A stretch of 64,000 nucleotides of DNA from Podarcis muralis (Eukaryota), in the NCBI RefSeq assembly GCF_964188315.1, contig NC_135658.1, positions 47,740,001 to 47,804,000 on the forward strand. Direction: 5' to 3'. The notes under the pieces are model-generated. The model worked only from the letters and a program-made list of their open reading frames with translations. It made no database searches and was not told the DNA's origin. How positions within the stretch are numbered: position 1 is the stretch's first letter; each line of letters begins with the position of its first letter. A program made the translations under genes and the position numbers. Positions 63,660-64,000 of the stretch are shown in pieces.

Positions 63660-64000
63660 GGGTAAAATTAAACACATTACTTTCCCATCTGCAGATTCTA
63701 TTCTGCAAATGTGACCTGCCCCTAGAGAATGAGGGGAGAACAGAATAGTCTGTTCCACTCTGTGACATTTTGACAGAGAATGGAATGTTCTATTCTACCC
63801 AAACCTGTGTGAATTGCAGAAGACAGGATTGCTTCTACAGTTCACTGTGGGTGTACACACATTGGCAGAACTCAGCAGAATTGAGACCCTTTGCATATAC
63901 TTGAAGCCATCCAGTATGCTTTTATTTTTGTTTTTTTGGGGGGGAAGAGGGGCTATAAAAGACATCACTACCACAACAGATCATCAGAGTGTTCACTTCA

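Overview
Eukaryotic, repeat-rich DNA from a squamate reptile, most likely a lacertid lizard. Evidence: five POM/Sauria-type SINEs, BovB, L2 and CR1 LINE fragments, and hAT/Tigger/Tc2 MITEs. The only protein-coding signal I can support is three minus-strand exons (9404-9427, 4507-4644, 193-233). They have canonical GT-AG sites and compatible phases, and splice to MNLFCFSL|EGSMDSLYEPVKENQDPHETICMTSRANTPVIASAKCGPPERSQSL|EFSDIENTLMKKR. From memory, not a search, this resembles the long N-terminal extension of SAMSN1 (human LOC388813-like). The gene continues off the left edge, and the remaining ~54 kb is upstream or intronic sequence. Best leads: (1) a chain of two AUGA stop-start overlaps leading into the start codon; (2) four divergent solo LTRs clustered at 15-26 kb that keep short motif islands and a small stem-loop; (3) an NFAT/CRE/MEF2 cluster with a possible antisense promoter at 1.3-1.8 kb; (4) several unusual foldback, nested or cargo-carrying transposons. 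There is one 136-N assembly gap. I see no prokaryote-type system such as CRISPR or an operon. All family names are recognised by eye and need RepeatMasker/BLAST confirmation.
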